64,000 nucleotides of DNA from contig CAWDEM010000008.1 in assembly GCA_963801355.1 (NCBI GenBank), forward strand, positions 1,952,001-2,016,000, read 5' to 3'. Below the pieces are notes generated by a model. That model did no database searches. It was not told the DNA's origin and was given only the letters and a program-made list of their open reading frames with translations. Shown one piece after another: positions 21,648 to 30,509 of this stretch (its first letter is position 1; the number at the start of each line of letters is the position of its first letter). Made by a program: the position numbers and the translations under genes. The stretch comes from Ignavibacteriota bacterium. Lineage in GTDB: Bacteria; Bacteroidota; Ignavibacteria; UBA10030; UBA6906.

Positions 21648-24476
21648 TTAGAAACTCAGCTCGACGCCGACCTGCACTTCACGTGGCTCGGTGAAATAGT
21701 CCGGCCGAACAATGTAGTCTCCGACCGAATTGATGCGACCCGCCGCGTCGATGTTCTGCGCTCCCAGCGCCTGCACCGTTGCAGTGGCACGCCCGGTCTG
21801 GCCATAGATTTCCGCTTCGTTCCGTCGGTCGAACAGATTAAACACTTTCAGGAACACACTTGCAGTCATGGGTCCCAAGGTGAAGTTCTTGAACGCCCGG
21901 AGATCCACAGTATAGTTCTCCGGTCTTCTCCTGCTGTTCTTCTGCACGGCCCTGGCGGCATCCTCACCACGTCCCTCTGCCTGGTTGATCACAGGAGTGT
22001 ACGGGAGACCCGAACCATAACGGCCCAGGACGAAGAGACCCCAATCCTCCTCGCCAACGCCCAGCGTGAGATTCACCGTGTGAGTCTGATCCCAATCGAG
22101 CGGTGTGAGCGCACGGGCAGGTTCGGTATTGTTCCGGTACGCCGCCGCCTCATCATCCGGATTCGAGTTGTTCCCTTCGGCAGCCTGGAATGTGTATGCC
22201 AGGTTGAGAGACCATAGATCGCTTTGACGCTTCGTAATCGTCAACGTCACACCCCGGGAATTTGCATAGTCGCGGTTGATGTACGTGAGGTATGACGACG
22301 TAAACGTATCAAGGTCACGCACCGGGATGGGCGTACTGGTCGTCACCCAGTCACGAGTGTCGCGATAGAATCCTGTGACGTCGAACGTCAGCACGTCGCT
22401 CACCTGCTGCTGGAGGCCGATCTCGTACATGATCGTCCGCTGTGGCTCGAGATCAGGATTCCCCCACGTCCCCTGCACCCCGCTCGCCTGCGTCACCTTG
22501 TAGCCGGGCTTCTGATACAGATGAATGAAGGAGGGAATCTGCAGGAAATGGCCGTACGAGAAATGCAGGACGCCCTTATCCGTGATGGGATACGAGATGC
22601 CGAACCTCGGGCTCACGCTGTACTTGGCTGTCGCATTCTTGTACCATTTTGCCATCCGCTCCTCGAGCGACAACACCTTGTTCTCCTCCTTCTGAGGAAG
22701 GTAGACGTTCGGGTCCTGAAGATCTGCCGGCGACTTGCCGCGTGAATTGAAGTAGTCGAACCGGAGACCAATGTTCACGATCATCCTCTCATATTCCAGT
22801 TTGTCCTGGACGTACACGGAGAACTCCCGTGGGGTCTGAGTGTATTCCTCATACAACGGGCTGTCCGTGGCAGGAATGATCGGCCCTGCCCCGGTCAGCG
22901 CATCCTCGGTAAGGTTGAAGTCCTCGAGGTAGAGACGATGGACTTTCATCTCCAACCCCAGCTTTAGTTGATGCAACTGGCTGAGCTGATCCGTGTAATC
23001 GAATTTCGCAACAGCGGTTTCCGTGCGACGCTTGAAGCGATGATTGTTTGTTCCCTTGCTGATGTATTCGTACAAGTTGCGGTTCAAGGCGTTCGGATCA
23101 GTCACGTACCGTGAATCGTACGGATCGTCGTAGAGATACTCTTTGAAGTCCTTCAGGAAGAATGACACTCCGAGAGTGTAGAACGATGTCGCTCCCAACG
23201 TGTGTGTCCAGAGGGCGGCCGTATTGTAGCCCCGATCGAACTTTTTCACGTCTCCGTCAGGCGTCAAGAACCAGTCGTGCGAGTAATCTCGATAGTCGAT
23301 CTTACTGCCAAGTCCGCTCAGGCTCAGTTTGATGGAGCCGGAAATCTGATAGGTGAGCTTGAACTGGCCGGAATACCTGGTGCGATCGTTCATAGGAACA
23401 GGATCATCGGCCACCGACGCGCCTGTCACATTTCCCTGCTGGTCGAGCAGAAGCGTCGGCGGATGCGCGAGCTCCGGATTCCCGAAGGCGTTGGGCTGAG
23501 GCAGGAACACCCTGTTCCCCCAGAGGTAGCCGTCGGAGTGGTAGTAGCGGCCGGATGCATAGAACGTGAGGCCGTTCAATTCCGGCACAGGACCGCTTAT
23601 GCTTCCCTCAAAATTCTTGTTATTGAACGGACGGATCTTGTCCATATTGTAGTAGAGCTCGCTGACGTCCGTCCCTTCCGAAGGCTGACTCGCGGTCGAC
23701 ATGATATCGCGCCCGCCGAAAAGCCATCCATTGCCGGTTACGTAGGACCCGGCATAGGCCTGCAGAGTGCCGTGATAGTTGCTTTCACCATCCTTGGTAA
23801 CGATATTCACGATCCCCGACATCGCCTGACCGTATTCGGCATTGAACGTGCCGCTGATCACCTGCAACTCCTGCACGGCATTGTTGTCCACCTGCACCGC
23901 CTGTCCGCCGTCATAGGCATCGGAGACCGAGACGCCGTCAACCCAGTACGCCACTTCACTCGAGCGGCCCCCGCGGATGTGAATGCCGCCTCCACGGTCA
24001 ACGGTGATCCCGGCCTGCAGCGACAGCACTTCGCTGACCTCCTGCACCGGCAGCGACTCGATCTGCGCGGCATCCACACGCGCCTCCGAAGAGGTCAGGT
24101 CCTTTTTCACCGCCCTCCGTTCCGCCGTGACCACTACCTCCTCCGCCTCCACCATCGCCGACGCAATTTGAACGTCCACGGTGCTTGTGAGGTCGATGCT
24201 CACTGCCACACCGACCACACGTTTCTTCGTGTACCCGACGGCCGAAGCAACGAGAGTATACTTGCCCGGGGGAACATTCAAGATGACATAGTACCCGTCA
24301 AGGTTGGAGGCAGCTCCCATCAACGTTCCTTCGAGCTGGATGTTCACGCCAGCGAGCAGCTCGCCGGTTTGCGCGTCTTTGATTTCACCCGCAATCTTAC
24401 CGGTCGTCCCCGCCCATCCCGCAGCGGCAAAGGCCAGGACCATCGCGAGGATTCCTCTCATGCGCAATGGCTTCAT
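21648..24476 (-). CDS. TonB-dependent receptor with N-terminal carboxypeptidase-regulatory-like domain
   Basis: GTTGKIAGEIKDAQTGE, EEVVVTA TonB box region, plug IRGGRSSE...GTFNAEYGQAMSGIVNIVTK, terminal Phe. Confidence 0.92.
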   Translation of the reverse strand: MKPLRMRGILAMVLAFAAAGWAGTTGKIAGEIKDAQTGELLAGVNIQLEGTLMGAASNLDGYYVILNVPPGKYTLVASAVGYTKKRVVGVAVSIDLTSTVDVQIASAMVEAEEVVVTAERRAVKKDLTSSEARVDAAQIESLPVQEVSEVLSLQAGITVDRGGGIHIRGGRSSEVAYWVDGVSVSDAYDGGQAVQVDNNAVQELQVISGTFNAEYGQAMSGIVNIVTKDGESNYHGTLQAYAGSYVTGNGWLFGGRDIMSTASQPSEGTDVSELYYNMDKIRPFNNKNFEGSISGPVPELNGLTFYASGRYYHSDGYLWGNRVFLPQPNAFGNPELAHPPTLLLDQQGNVTGASVADDPVPMNDRTRYSGQFKLTYQISGSIKLSLSGLGSKIDYRDYSHDWFLTPDGDVKKFDRGYNTAALWTHTLGATSFYTLGVSFFLKDFKEYLYDDPYDSRYVTDPNALNRNLYEYISKGTNNHRFKRRTETAVAKFDYTDQLSQLHQLKLGLEMKVHRLYLEDFNLTEDALTGAGPIIPATDSPLYEEYTQTPREFSVYVQDKLEYERMIVNIGLRFDYFNSRGKSPADLQDPNVYLPQKEENKVLSLEERMAKWYKNATAKYSVSPRFGISYPITDKGVLHFSYGHFLQIPSFIHLYQKPGYKVTQASGVQGTWGNPDLEPQRTIMYEIGLQQQVSDVLTFDVTGFYRDTRDWVTTSTPIPVRDLDTFTSSYLTYINRDYANSRGVTLTITKRQSDLWSLNLAYTFQAAEGNNSNPDDEAAAYRNNTEPARALTPLDWDQTHTVNLTLGVGEEDWGLFVLGRYGSGLPYTPVINQAEGRGEDAARAVQKNSRRRPENYTVDLRAFKNFTLGPMTASVFLKVFNLFDRRNEAEIYGQTGRATATVQALGAQNIDAAGRINSVGDYIVRPDYFTEPREVQVGVELSF

Positions 24477-24489
24477 ACGATGCCCCTTC

Positions 24490-26196
24490 TCATTTTTTCA
24501 CCAAATGGACTGAAACATTCGCCAGATTCTCGACATTCATAGTGACGCTTGCTCTTCCGCGCAATGCGTCCAGCGCTTCCTTGAACGCTTCCCGATTCTT
24601 CATCTCCTTCACTTGCGTGAGCGTCTGGTCTTGTGATTCCTCGAAGGACCTGACCCGCGCTTCTTTTTTCTCCACGACTCTAAACACTCCCCAATACGGG
24701 TCCACTCTTTCGGGACCCACAATATCTCCGACACGCGCTGCAAAAAACTTCTCACCCATCACACCGTAGCCTGCCTTGGAGCTGAATCCTAGCTCCCCTC
24801 CACGCTTTGCCGCCCAGAGCCGGATGGAGTGCGCACGGGCAAGACCCGCGAAATCGACTCCTCGGCGCGCCTGCCGTGCGATCAACTTCGCCTCCGCCTC
24901 CGTGCGGACCAGGACCTCAGCAACGTTGACCAGTGGCGGGTCGGCGTAGTTCATCTTGTTTTCTTCATAGATCCGACGGAGCAGAGTGTCGGGCCACCCA
25001 TCCCGCCCCACCGTATCCTGGACGAGATCCGCCCAGTACCGGAGACGAAATTCGCCGCCGAGGTTATCCATCTGATCGACGACCTGCGGATCTTCGTCCA
25101 GATCCAGATCCTCAGCGCGCTTCAGAATCTCGTCGCGGGCAGCGAGGCCGAGGATGACCTCCTTAAGATCATCGGCACTTTTCACACGGCGACGCTGACG
25201 TTCCTTGGTGTCTGCAAGCTTCTGCTTCAGCGTTTCAACGGTCCACCAGGACCCGTGGAATCGGGCAAGTTTGCTCCCGCGAAGGTCACGCGAAGGCGGG
25301 AGAGCGGACTCCGGGCGTTGCATCGCCTTATCATCGATGGTCAGCGAGGTCCACTCCGCAACCACCGCTTCGACCGTTGTCTCGTCGAACTGCGGGTCCA
25401 TCGCACGCGTGATCGTCATGACGTGTTCGCGCAGGAGACGCGGTGCCGTGCGTTTCACAATCGCCTCTGCCAGCTTCCCCCTCACTTTAGCAAAGTCACC
25501 CTCGGATGCAAGGGGATTGACCACTGCTCTCGAATCAACGCGGACGATCGCATAACCCATGCTCATCTTCAACGGCTCCGACAGCGCCCCGACCGGCAGC
25601 GTATAGGCGGCCTCCTCCAGTGCCTCCTCCATTTCCCCCCAACCAAAGGTCCCGAGGGATCCGCCATTATTTGCCAGGCCAGGGTCTTCAAACGTCTCAC
25701 GAGCGAGACGTTCGAAGGTCTCACCCTTTACCAACCGTTCCTTGAGCCTTTGTGCCCCCTCCTCTGTTCGTGCATACAGGTAACGTGCGGAAACCCGCGT
25801 GTTGTACCTCCGAAACTCGAGTTCAAGCTGCTGCGGTGTCACAGTCAAGGTATCGGTGGTCACGCGGCGTGCGTACCCATCAGCCATCGCTTGCCGGCGA
25901 ATCAAATCCATCTCTTTCCGATATGCAGAATCCTGCTCAGCTCCGTGGGCCCGCAGATCCTCGAAAATCAGCCGTTCGTTGATCATGTTCTGGAGCACCT
26001 GCTTGCGCACCTGGATATTGTCCTTCACCGAGGTGCTCGAAAGGTACTTCTGGTATCGCGTTCGAAATTGATCGGCGGATATCCGCACACCGTCGACCAC
26101 GGCAACCTCATCCCCCCTGTCGGTCCCACATCCACCGAGAAGCACAAACGCGACAGCCACGATAATAGACACCGAGACTGAATTCCGACGCATCAT
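24490..26196 (-). CDS. Parvulin-type peptidylprolyl isomerase lipoprotein (SurA/PrsA-like, two PpiC domains)
   Basis: Lipobox LLGGC; FERLARETFED...GGSLG and FAGLARAHS...GGELG motifs. Confidence 0.85.
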   Translation of the reverse strand: MMRRNSVSVSIIVAVAFVLLGGCGTDRGDEVAVVDGVRISADQFRTRYQKYLSSTSVKDNIQVRKQVLQNMINERLIFEDLRAHGAEQDSAYRKEMDLIRRQAMADGYARRVTTDTLTVTPQQLELEFRRYNTRVSARYLYARTEEGAQRLKERLVKGETFERLARETFEDPGLANNGGSLGTFGWGEMEEALEEAAYTLPVGALSEPLKMSMGYAIVRVDSRAVVNPLASEGDFAKVRGKLAEAIVKRTAPRLLREHVMTITRAMDPQFDETTVEAVVAEWTSLTIDDKAMQRPESALPPSRDLRGSKLARFHGSWWTVETLKQKLADTKERQRRRVKSADDLKEVILGLAARDEILKRAEDLDLDEDPQVVDQMDNLGGEFRLRYWADLVQDTVGRDGWPDTLLRRIYEENKMNYADPPLVNVAEVLVRTEAEAKLIARQARRGVDFAGLARAHSIRLWAAKRGGELGFSSKAGYGVMGEKFFAARVGDIVGPERVDPYWGVFRVVEKKEARVRSFEESQDQTLTQVKEMKNREAFKEALDALRGRASVTMNVENLANVSVHLVKK

Positions 26197-28112
26197 TTGC
26201 CCGACTTCAAAATGCGGCCAGCTACACGGTCGACCGGCACCGCCAGTGTGGTCTTCCCGGCGATGAACTCATCACCAGAGCGGAGATCACGCCAGCGGGA
26301 TCCTTCGGTCACACCGGGGAGCGGGATCGTCAGCGTGGCCTGCGCCCCGTTGTTGATGAGCACCAGCAGGCGATCTGTACCGAGGGAACGCTCGAAGGCA
26401 AATGCATCCTGGCCGTCGTTCACCGAGACCACGCGGTATTCACCTCGACGCAGTGCCGGCTCAGCCGTCCGCAAGCGCATCAGCGTCCGGTATTCATCAT
26501 GCAGTCCGGCATTGAACACCACGCTATCGCGCGGGCGGGATTTGCCGAGCGGGTGGCTGACTTCGGGATCATACGTCAACTCGCGCCAGACCATCGGCTT
26601 CCGCTCGTCCGGGTCATCACCGCCCCACATGCCGGCCTCTTCGCCGTAGTAGACCGCGGGTGCGCCTACATAGGTCATTTGAAAGAAGACGAGCAGCTTC
26701 TGCCGCCGGATCTCTTCGTCCGAGGGTTTGCGCACGTCGTACTCCGGATTGTCGCGCGCGCCCACCCGGTGATCAAAGAGCATGTCAATATTGACCAACA
26801 TCGAACCCAGCCGATCGGTGTCATGGCTGGCGTAGAGATTCATCAGAACCGCGTTCACGTCCGCACGATAGTCGGCGCGAAGGGCATCGAGCCGCGCAAT
26901 GAGCTCCGTCGCGGTGATCTTGAGTGTGCGATCACGGAAGAAATGAAGAGCTTCTGCAGCCCAGCGGTAGTTCATCACCGCGTCGAACACATCTCCGCGC
27001 AGCCAGGGTTCGGCGTTGAACATCTTGTTCTTGGGCCAATCCTCCCACCAAACCTCACCCGTAAGGTAGGAATCGGGATTGATCTCCCGTGTCCACTGCC
27101 GGAATTGACGCCAGAACGGAATCCCAACCATTTCTGCAACGTCGAGCCGCCATCCGTCAATGCCGTCCGAGGGATCACCGTCACCGTTCGGGTCCATCCA
27201 GCGCTTCACAACGCTGTGGATGTGCTCCCGCGGTCCGGTAACGATGCCGTTTTCGTCTTCGCGCCACTCGGGCAGGTCCTTCAGCCCTGCCCAGCCGGTG
27301 TAGTCGAATTCATCAGCCGACGTGGAGGGATCGTCCCATGTCGTAACCGTGAACCAATCGCTGAACGCCGACGCTTTTCCCTTCGCACGCAGGTCACGAA
27401 ACGCCCAGAACGTTGTTCCGACGTGGTTGAAGACACCGTCGATGATGACATGCATGCCCCGGCGATGAGCCTCGTCAACAACCTTCAGAAACAGCTTGTC
27501 GGCAGAGGTCCACGTCCAGGTGGCGGGATCCTCCGGTCGCTCGGTTGCCCATAGGCGAGTATCCCCGGCGGGATCCGGGCCGAAGTTGTTGTCGATGTGA
27601 TGGTACATCGATGCTTCGTACTTGTGCAACGACGGTGCTTCGAACAGCGGATTGAAATAGATGGCAGTCACGCCGAGGTCCTGCAGATAGTCGAGCTTGT
27701 CAAGAACGCCCTGAAGATCACCGCCATACCGGCGCTGGTGCACAATCTCGTAGAACTTCTTGCCCGAAGTTTTCTCCCACGGCTGCAGCTCGTACCAGTC
27801 TCCCGTCCATTTTGAGATGCGCCACCCCTTCGGGCGTTCGAAGGGATAGGACAGCACGACATCTTCCACCGTCGGATCGTTGACCGGATCCCCGTTCCGA
27901 AATCGTTCGGGGAAAATCTGGTACCAGACTGCATCGCGCGCCCACTCTGGTACCCGAAGCAGACGTTCGGGGATGCGATGGTCGGTATTGGACGGCGCAC
28001 AGGCATACAGGAGTGAACACAAAAGAGCAACGCAAGCGACAGCCATGAGCACGAAGAGCGTCCGGACTCGACGCAAAGAAGATCGGCACGCTGTGTGTTT
28101 GGTGGTTATCAT
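26193..28112 (-). CDS. GH13 neopullulanase/cyclomaltodextrinase-type lipoprotein
   Basis: ATG 28112 overlaps the LacI-gene stop; lipobox LYAC; WYQIFPERF, GGDLQG, DGVFNH, GWRLDV, GEVW, SHD. Confidence 0.9.
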   Translation of the reverse strand: MITTKHTACRSSLRRVRTLFVLMAVACVALLCSLLYACAPSNTDHRIPERLLRVPEWARDAVWYQIFPERFRNGDPVNDPTVEDVVLSYPFERPKGWRISKWTGDWYELQPWEKTSGKKFYEIVHQRRYGGDLQGVLDKLDYLQDLGVTAIYFNPLFEAPSLHKYEASMYHHIDNNFGPDPAGDTRLWATERPEDPATWTWTSADKLFLKVVDEAHRRGMHVIIDGVFNHVGTTFWAFRDLRAKGKASAFSDWFTVTTWDDPSTSADEFDYTGWAGLKDLPEWREDENGIVTGPREHIHSVVKRWMDPNGDGDPSDGIDGWRLDVAEMVGIPFWRQFRQWTREINPDSYLTGEVWWEDWPKNKMFNAEPWLRGDVFDAVMNYRWAAEALHFFRDRTLKITATELIARLDALRADYRADVNAVLMNLYASHDTDRLGSMLVNIDMLFDHRVGARDNPEYDVRKPSDEEIRRQKLLVFFQMTYVGAPAVYYGEEAGMWGGDDPDERKPMVWRELTYDPEVSHPLGKSRPRDSVVFNAGLHDEYRTLMRLRTAEPALRRGEYRVVSVNDGQDAFAFERSLGTDRLLVLINNGAQATLTIPLPGVTEGSRWRDLRSGDEFIAGKTTLAVPVDRVAGRILKSGK

Positions 28113-29167
28113 GTCAATACCGTGCGTGGAGTGGAGCCGGTGAGCACCTGCATCTTCGCGCCGCACGAGCGGCGCACAATCAGATCCGGAAGAAACATTG
28201 TCAGTGTCGGGAGATCGTCCGGCTCCTTCATGCGGCGCATCAGCTTCTCCATCGCCAGCTGCCCCATCTCGTACATGGGCTGACGCATTGTGGTCAGCTC
28301 GGCATATTGCGCGAGCTCGATGTCGTCGAATCCCACGATGGCAAGATCCTCAGGGATGCGTACGCCCGCCGTCCGCGCCGCTTCAAGCGCTCCGATGGCC
28401 TGCACATCACTTGCGATGACCACAGCGGTGGCGCGGTCCGGTCCGGTGTTCCGCTCCAGCAGGCGCCGCATCGATTCGCGCCCTGCCTCACGGCTGAACC
28501 CGTCGTTCTTGCCGAAATCGCCGATGACAAGAAGGTCCGATCGAAACGGAATGCCCGCCTCTTCCAACCCCATGCGATATCCTTCCAATCGCTCCAGCGC
28601 GGGCTGAGTAGACAGATTCGCGTTGATCATGGCGATGGAACGATGACCCAGGGCCACAAGATGTCGTGTCGCTGCAAGCGCCCCGTCGCGGTTCTGCACG
28701 CGGATCGAGTCAAACTTCGGGTGAAACGCATCCACCAGGACCAGCGGCAGACGCGTTTGCTCGAACTTGGCCGCGTGTGCCTCCGGAAGCTTCATGGAAA
28801 AAAAGAGGACACCGTCGACGTGACCGCGGTGCGACGAACGACGGAGGTATTCATCCACCTGTGCGGGATGATTCACGCTGTAAAGGATCAAATCGACACC
28901 GCAGTCGGCAGCATAATCCTGCACGCCCTGCAACACCTGAACGAAAAAATAGTTCGTGAAGGAGGGAATGATGACTGAGATCGTGTTGGTGCGGCGCGAC
29001 GCGAGGCGCTGGGCCTGCGCATGCGGTTGATAACTGAGTCGTATGGCTGCTGCGAGAACTTTTGCACGGGTCGGAGCTGAGACGTGGGGCTGATCATTCA
29101 AACAGCGTGAAACCGTCCCAATACCGACGCCTGCTTCGCGCGCCAGATCGTAGATAGTAACTCCCAT
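28109..29167 (-). CDS. LacI-family transcriptional regulator
   Basis: TIYDLAREAGVGIGTVSR HTH, sugar-binding domain, IPEDLAIVGFDD, LTTMRQP. Confidence 0.95.
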   Translation of the reverse strand: MGVTIYDLAREAGVGIGTVSRCLNDQPHVSAPTRAKVLAAAIRLSYQPHAQAQRLASRRTNTISVIIPSFTNYFFVQVLQGVQDYAADCGVDLILYSVNHPAQVDEYLRRSSHRGHVDGVLFFSMKLPEAHAAKFEQTRLPLVLVDAFHPKFDSIRVQNRDGALAATRHLVALGHRSIAMINANLSTQPALERLEGYRMGLEEAGIPFRSDLLVIGDFGKNDGFSREAGRESMRRLLERNTGPDRATAVVIASDVQAIGALEAARTAGVRIPEDLAIVGFDDIELAQYAELTTMRQPMYEMGQLAMEKLMRRMKEPDDLPTLTMFLPDLIVRRSCGAKMQVLTGSTPRTVLT

Positions 29168-29214
29168 CGATGGGGAGCAGTTCAGTATACAAGTGAGAAG
29201 GAGGTGAACCTTTT

Positions 29215-29228
29215 TGGAAGCGCTTCCA
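29215..29228. promoter_or_regulatory. LacI-family operator
   Basis: Perfect palindrome TGGAAGCGCTTCCA with central CG, directly downstream of the -10 of the regulator promoter. Confidence 0.85.
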
Positions 29229-29230
29229 TA

Positions 29231-29259
29231 AAGATAGAGTTTTCGAGCTGATTAGTCAA
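29231..29259 (-). promoter_or_regulatory. Sigma70 promoter of the LacI-GH13-PPIase-TBDR operon
   Basis: Minus strand TTGACT-N17-TATCTT. Confidence 0.7.
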
Positions 29260-29314
29260 GATATTTTTTTCCGGCAGTTCAAAATACGAGGCCCTTGTTC
29301 AGATGCCCGCCCTG

Positions 29315-29343
29315 TTGCGTTTTCCTCCATCCGTGGCTATATT
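29315..29343 (+). promoter_or_regulatory. Sigma70 promoter of the MalK-GH31 unit
   Basis: TTGCGT-N17-TATATT. Confidence 0.55.
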
Positions 29344-29401
29344 CTTTACACTATCGTGAGCTGAATTCACGGATCGCCTCCCCCTACGACAGGCTCCCCC
29401 C

Positions 29402-30505
29402 ATGGCTGAAGTAAAGCTCGAAAATGTCTCGAAAATCTACGACGGCAAAGTTACAGCCGTCCGCGACGTCAACGTCACTATTAATGATAAAGAGTTCGTC
29501 GTTCTCGTCGGGCCCTCCGGATGCGGCAAATCTACTGTGCTCAGGATGATCGCAGGACTGGAGGAAATCACTGCGGGCACTGTGACCATCGGCGACCGCA
29601 TCGTGAACGATGTCCCCCCGAAAGACCGCGACATTGCGATGGTCTTTCAGAACTATGCCCTCTATCCACACATGACGGTGTATGACAATCTCGCGTTCGG
29701 TTTGAAGCTCAGGAAGTACAGCAAACCGGAAATCGACCAGCGCGTCAAGGAAGCCGCAAAGATCCTCGGGATCGAAAGCTACCTCGAGCGAAAACCCAAG
29801 GCCCTCTCCGGCGGCCAGCGTCAACGCGTGGCGCTCGGCAGAGCCATCGTCCGGCAACCCAAGGTCTTTCTTTTCGACGAACCCCTGAGCAACCTCGACG
29901 CCAACCTCCGGGTCCAGATGCGCACGGAAATCTCGCGGCTGCACCACCGCCTTCAGACAACCATGATCTACGTCACTCATGATCAGATCGAAGCAATGTC
30001 CATGGGCGACCGGATTGTCGTTATGCGCGATGGCGTCGTGCAACAGGTCGATACTCCCCTGACGATTTATCACCACCCGACCAACAAGTTTGTTGCCGGC
30101 TTCATCGGAAGCCCGACCATGAACTTCATTGCCGGCCGGCTGCAAATGAACGGCACGGTCTCATTCCGGCAGGACGATGCGAACCTGACCCTTCCGCTGC
30201 CTTCTTCTCTCGCAGAACGGATGAAGGGTGTTTCCGCAGGACCGGTGACCCTGGGCATCCGCCCCGAGCACATCCATATGTACAAACCCGCCGATGTCAC
30301 AACAGTTGCGCCCATCCCGGCGATGATCGACGTGGTGGAGCCCGTCGGCAACGAGATCTTCGTGTACTTCACCACGGGCGCATCTGCACAGCTCGTGGCA
30401 CGCATTGCGACCGACCACCCGCCGGTCGTCGGCAAGCAGTCTGAATTGCTCGTCGATACTTCCCGTATCCACCTTTTCGATCACTCAACCGAACGCGCGC
30501 TCTAG
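29402..30505 (+). CDS. Sugar ABC transporter ATPase (MalK/MsmX/UgpC family)
   Basis: [42 protein letters not shown]-terminal TOBE domain. Confidence 0.95.
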   Translation: MAEVKLENVSKIYDGKVTAVRDVNVTINDKEFVVLVGPSGCGKSTVLRMIAGLEEITAGTVTIGDRIVNDVPPKDRDIAMVFQNYALYPHMTVYDNLAFGLKLRKYSKPEIDQRVKEAAKILGIESYLERKPKALSGGQRQRVALGRAIVRQPKVFLFDEPLSNLDANLRVQMRTEISRLHHRLQTTMIYVTHDQIEAMSMGDRIVVMRDGVVQQVDTPLTIYHHPTNKFVAGFIGSPTMNFIAGRLQMNGTVSFRQDDANLTLPLPSSLAERMKGVSAGPVTLGIRPEHIHMYKPADVTTVAPIPAMIDVVEPVGNEIFVYFTTGASAQLVARIATDHPPVVGKQSELLVDTSRIHLFDHSTERAL

Positions 30506-30509
30506 ACCA

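Noticed and set aside
14182-27554. Long + strand ORFs (14182..15426, 23202..24542, 24829..26181, 26499..27554) and similar ones elsewhere
   Set aside because: Antisense shadows of well-supported genes in GC-rich DNA; no recognisable motifs.
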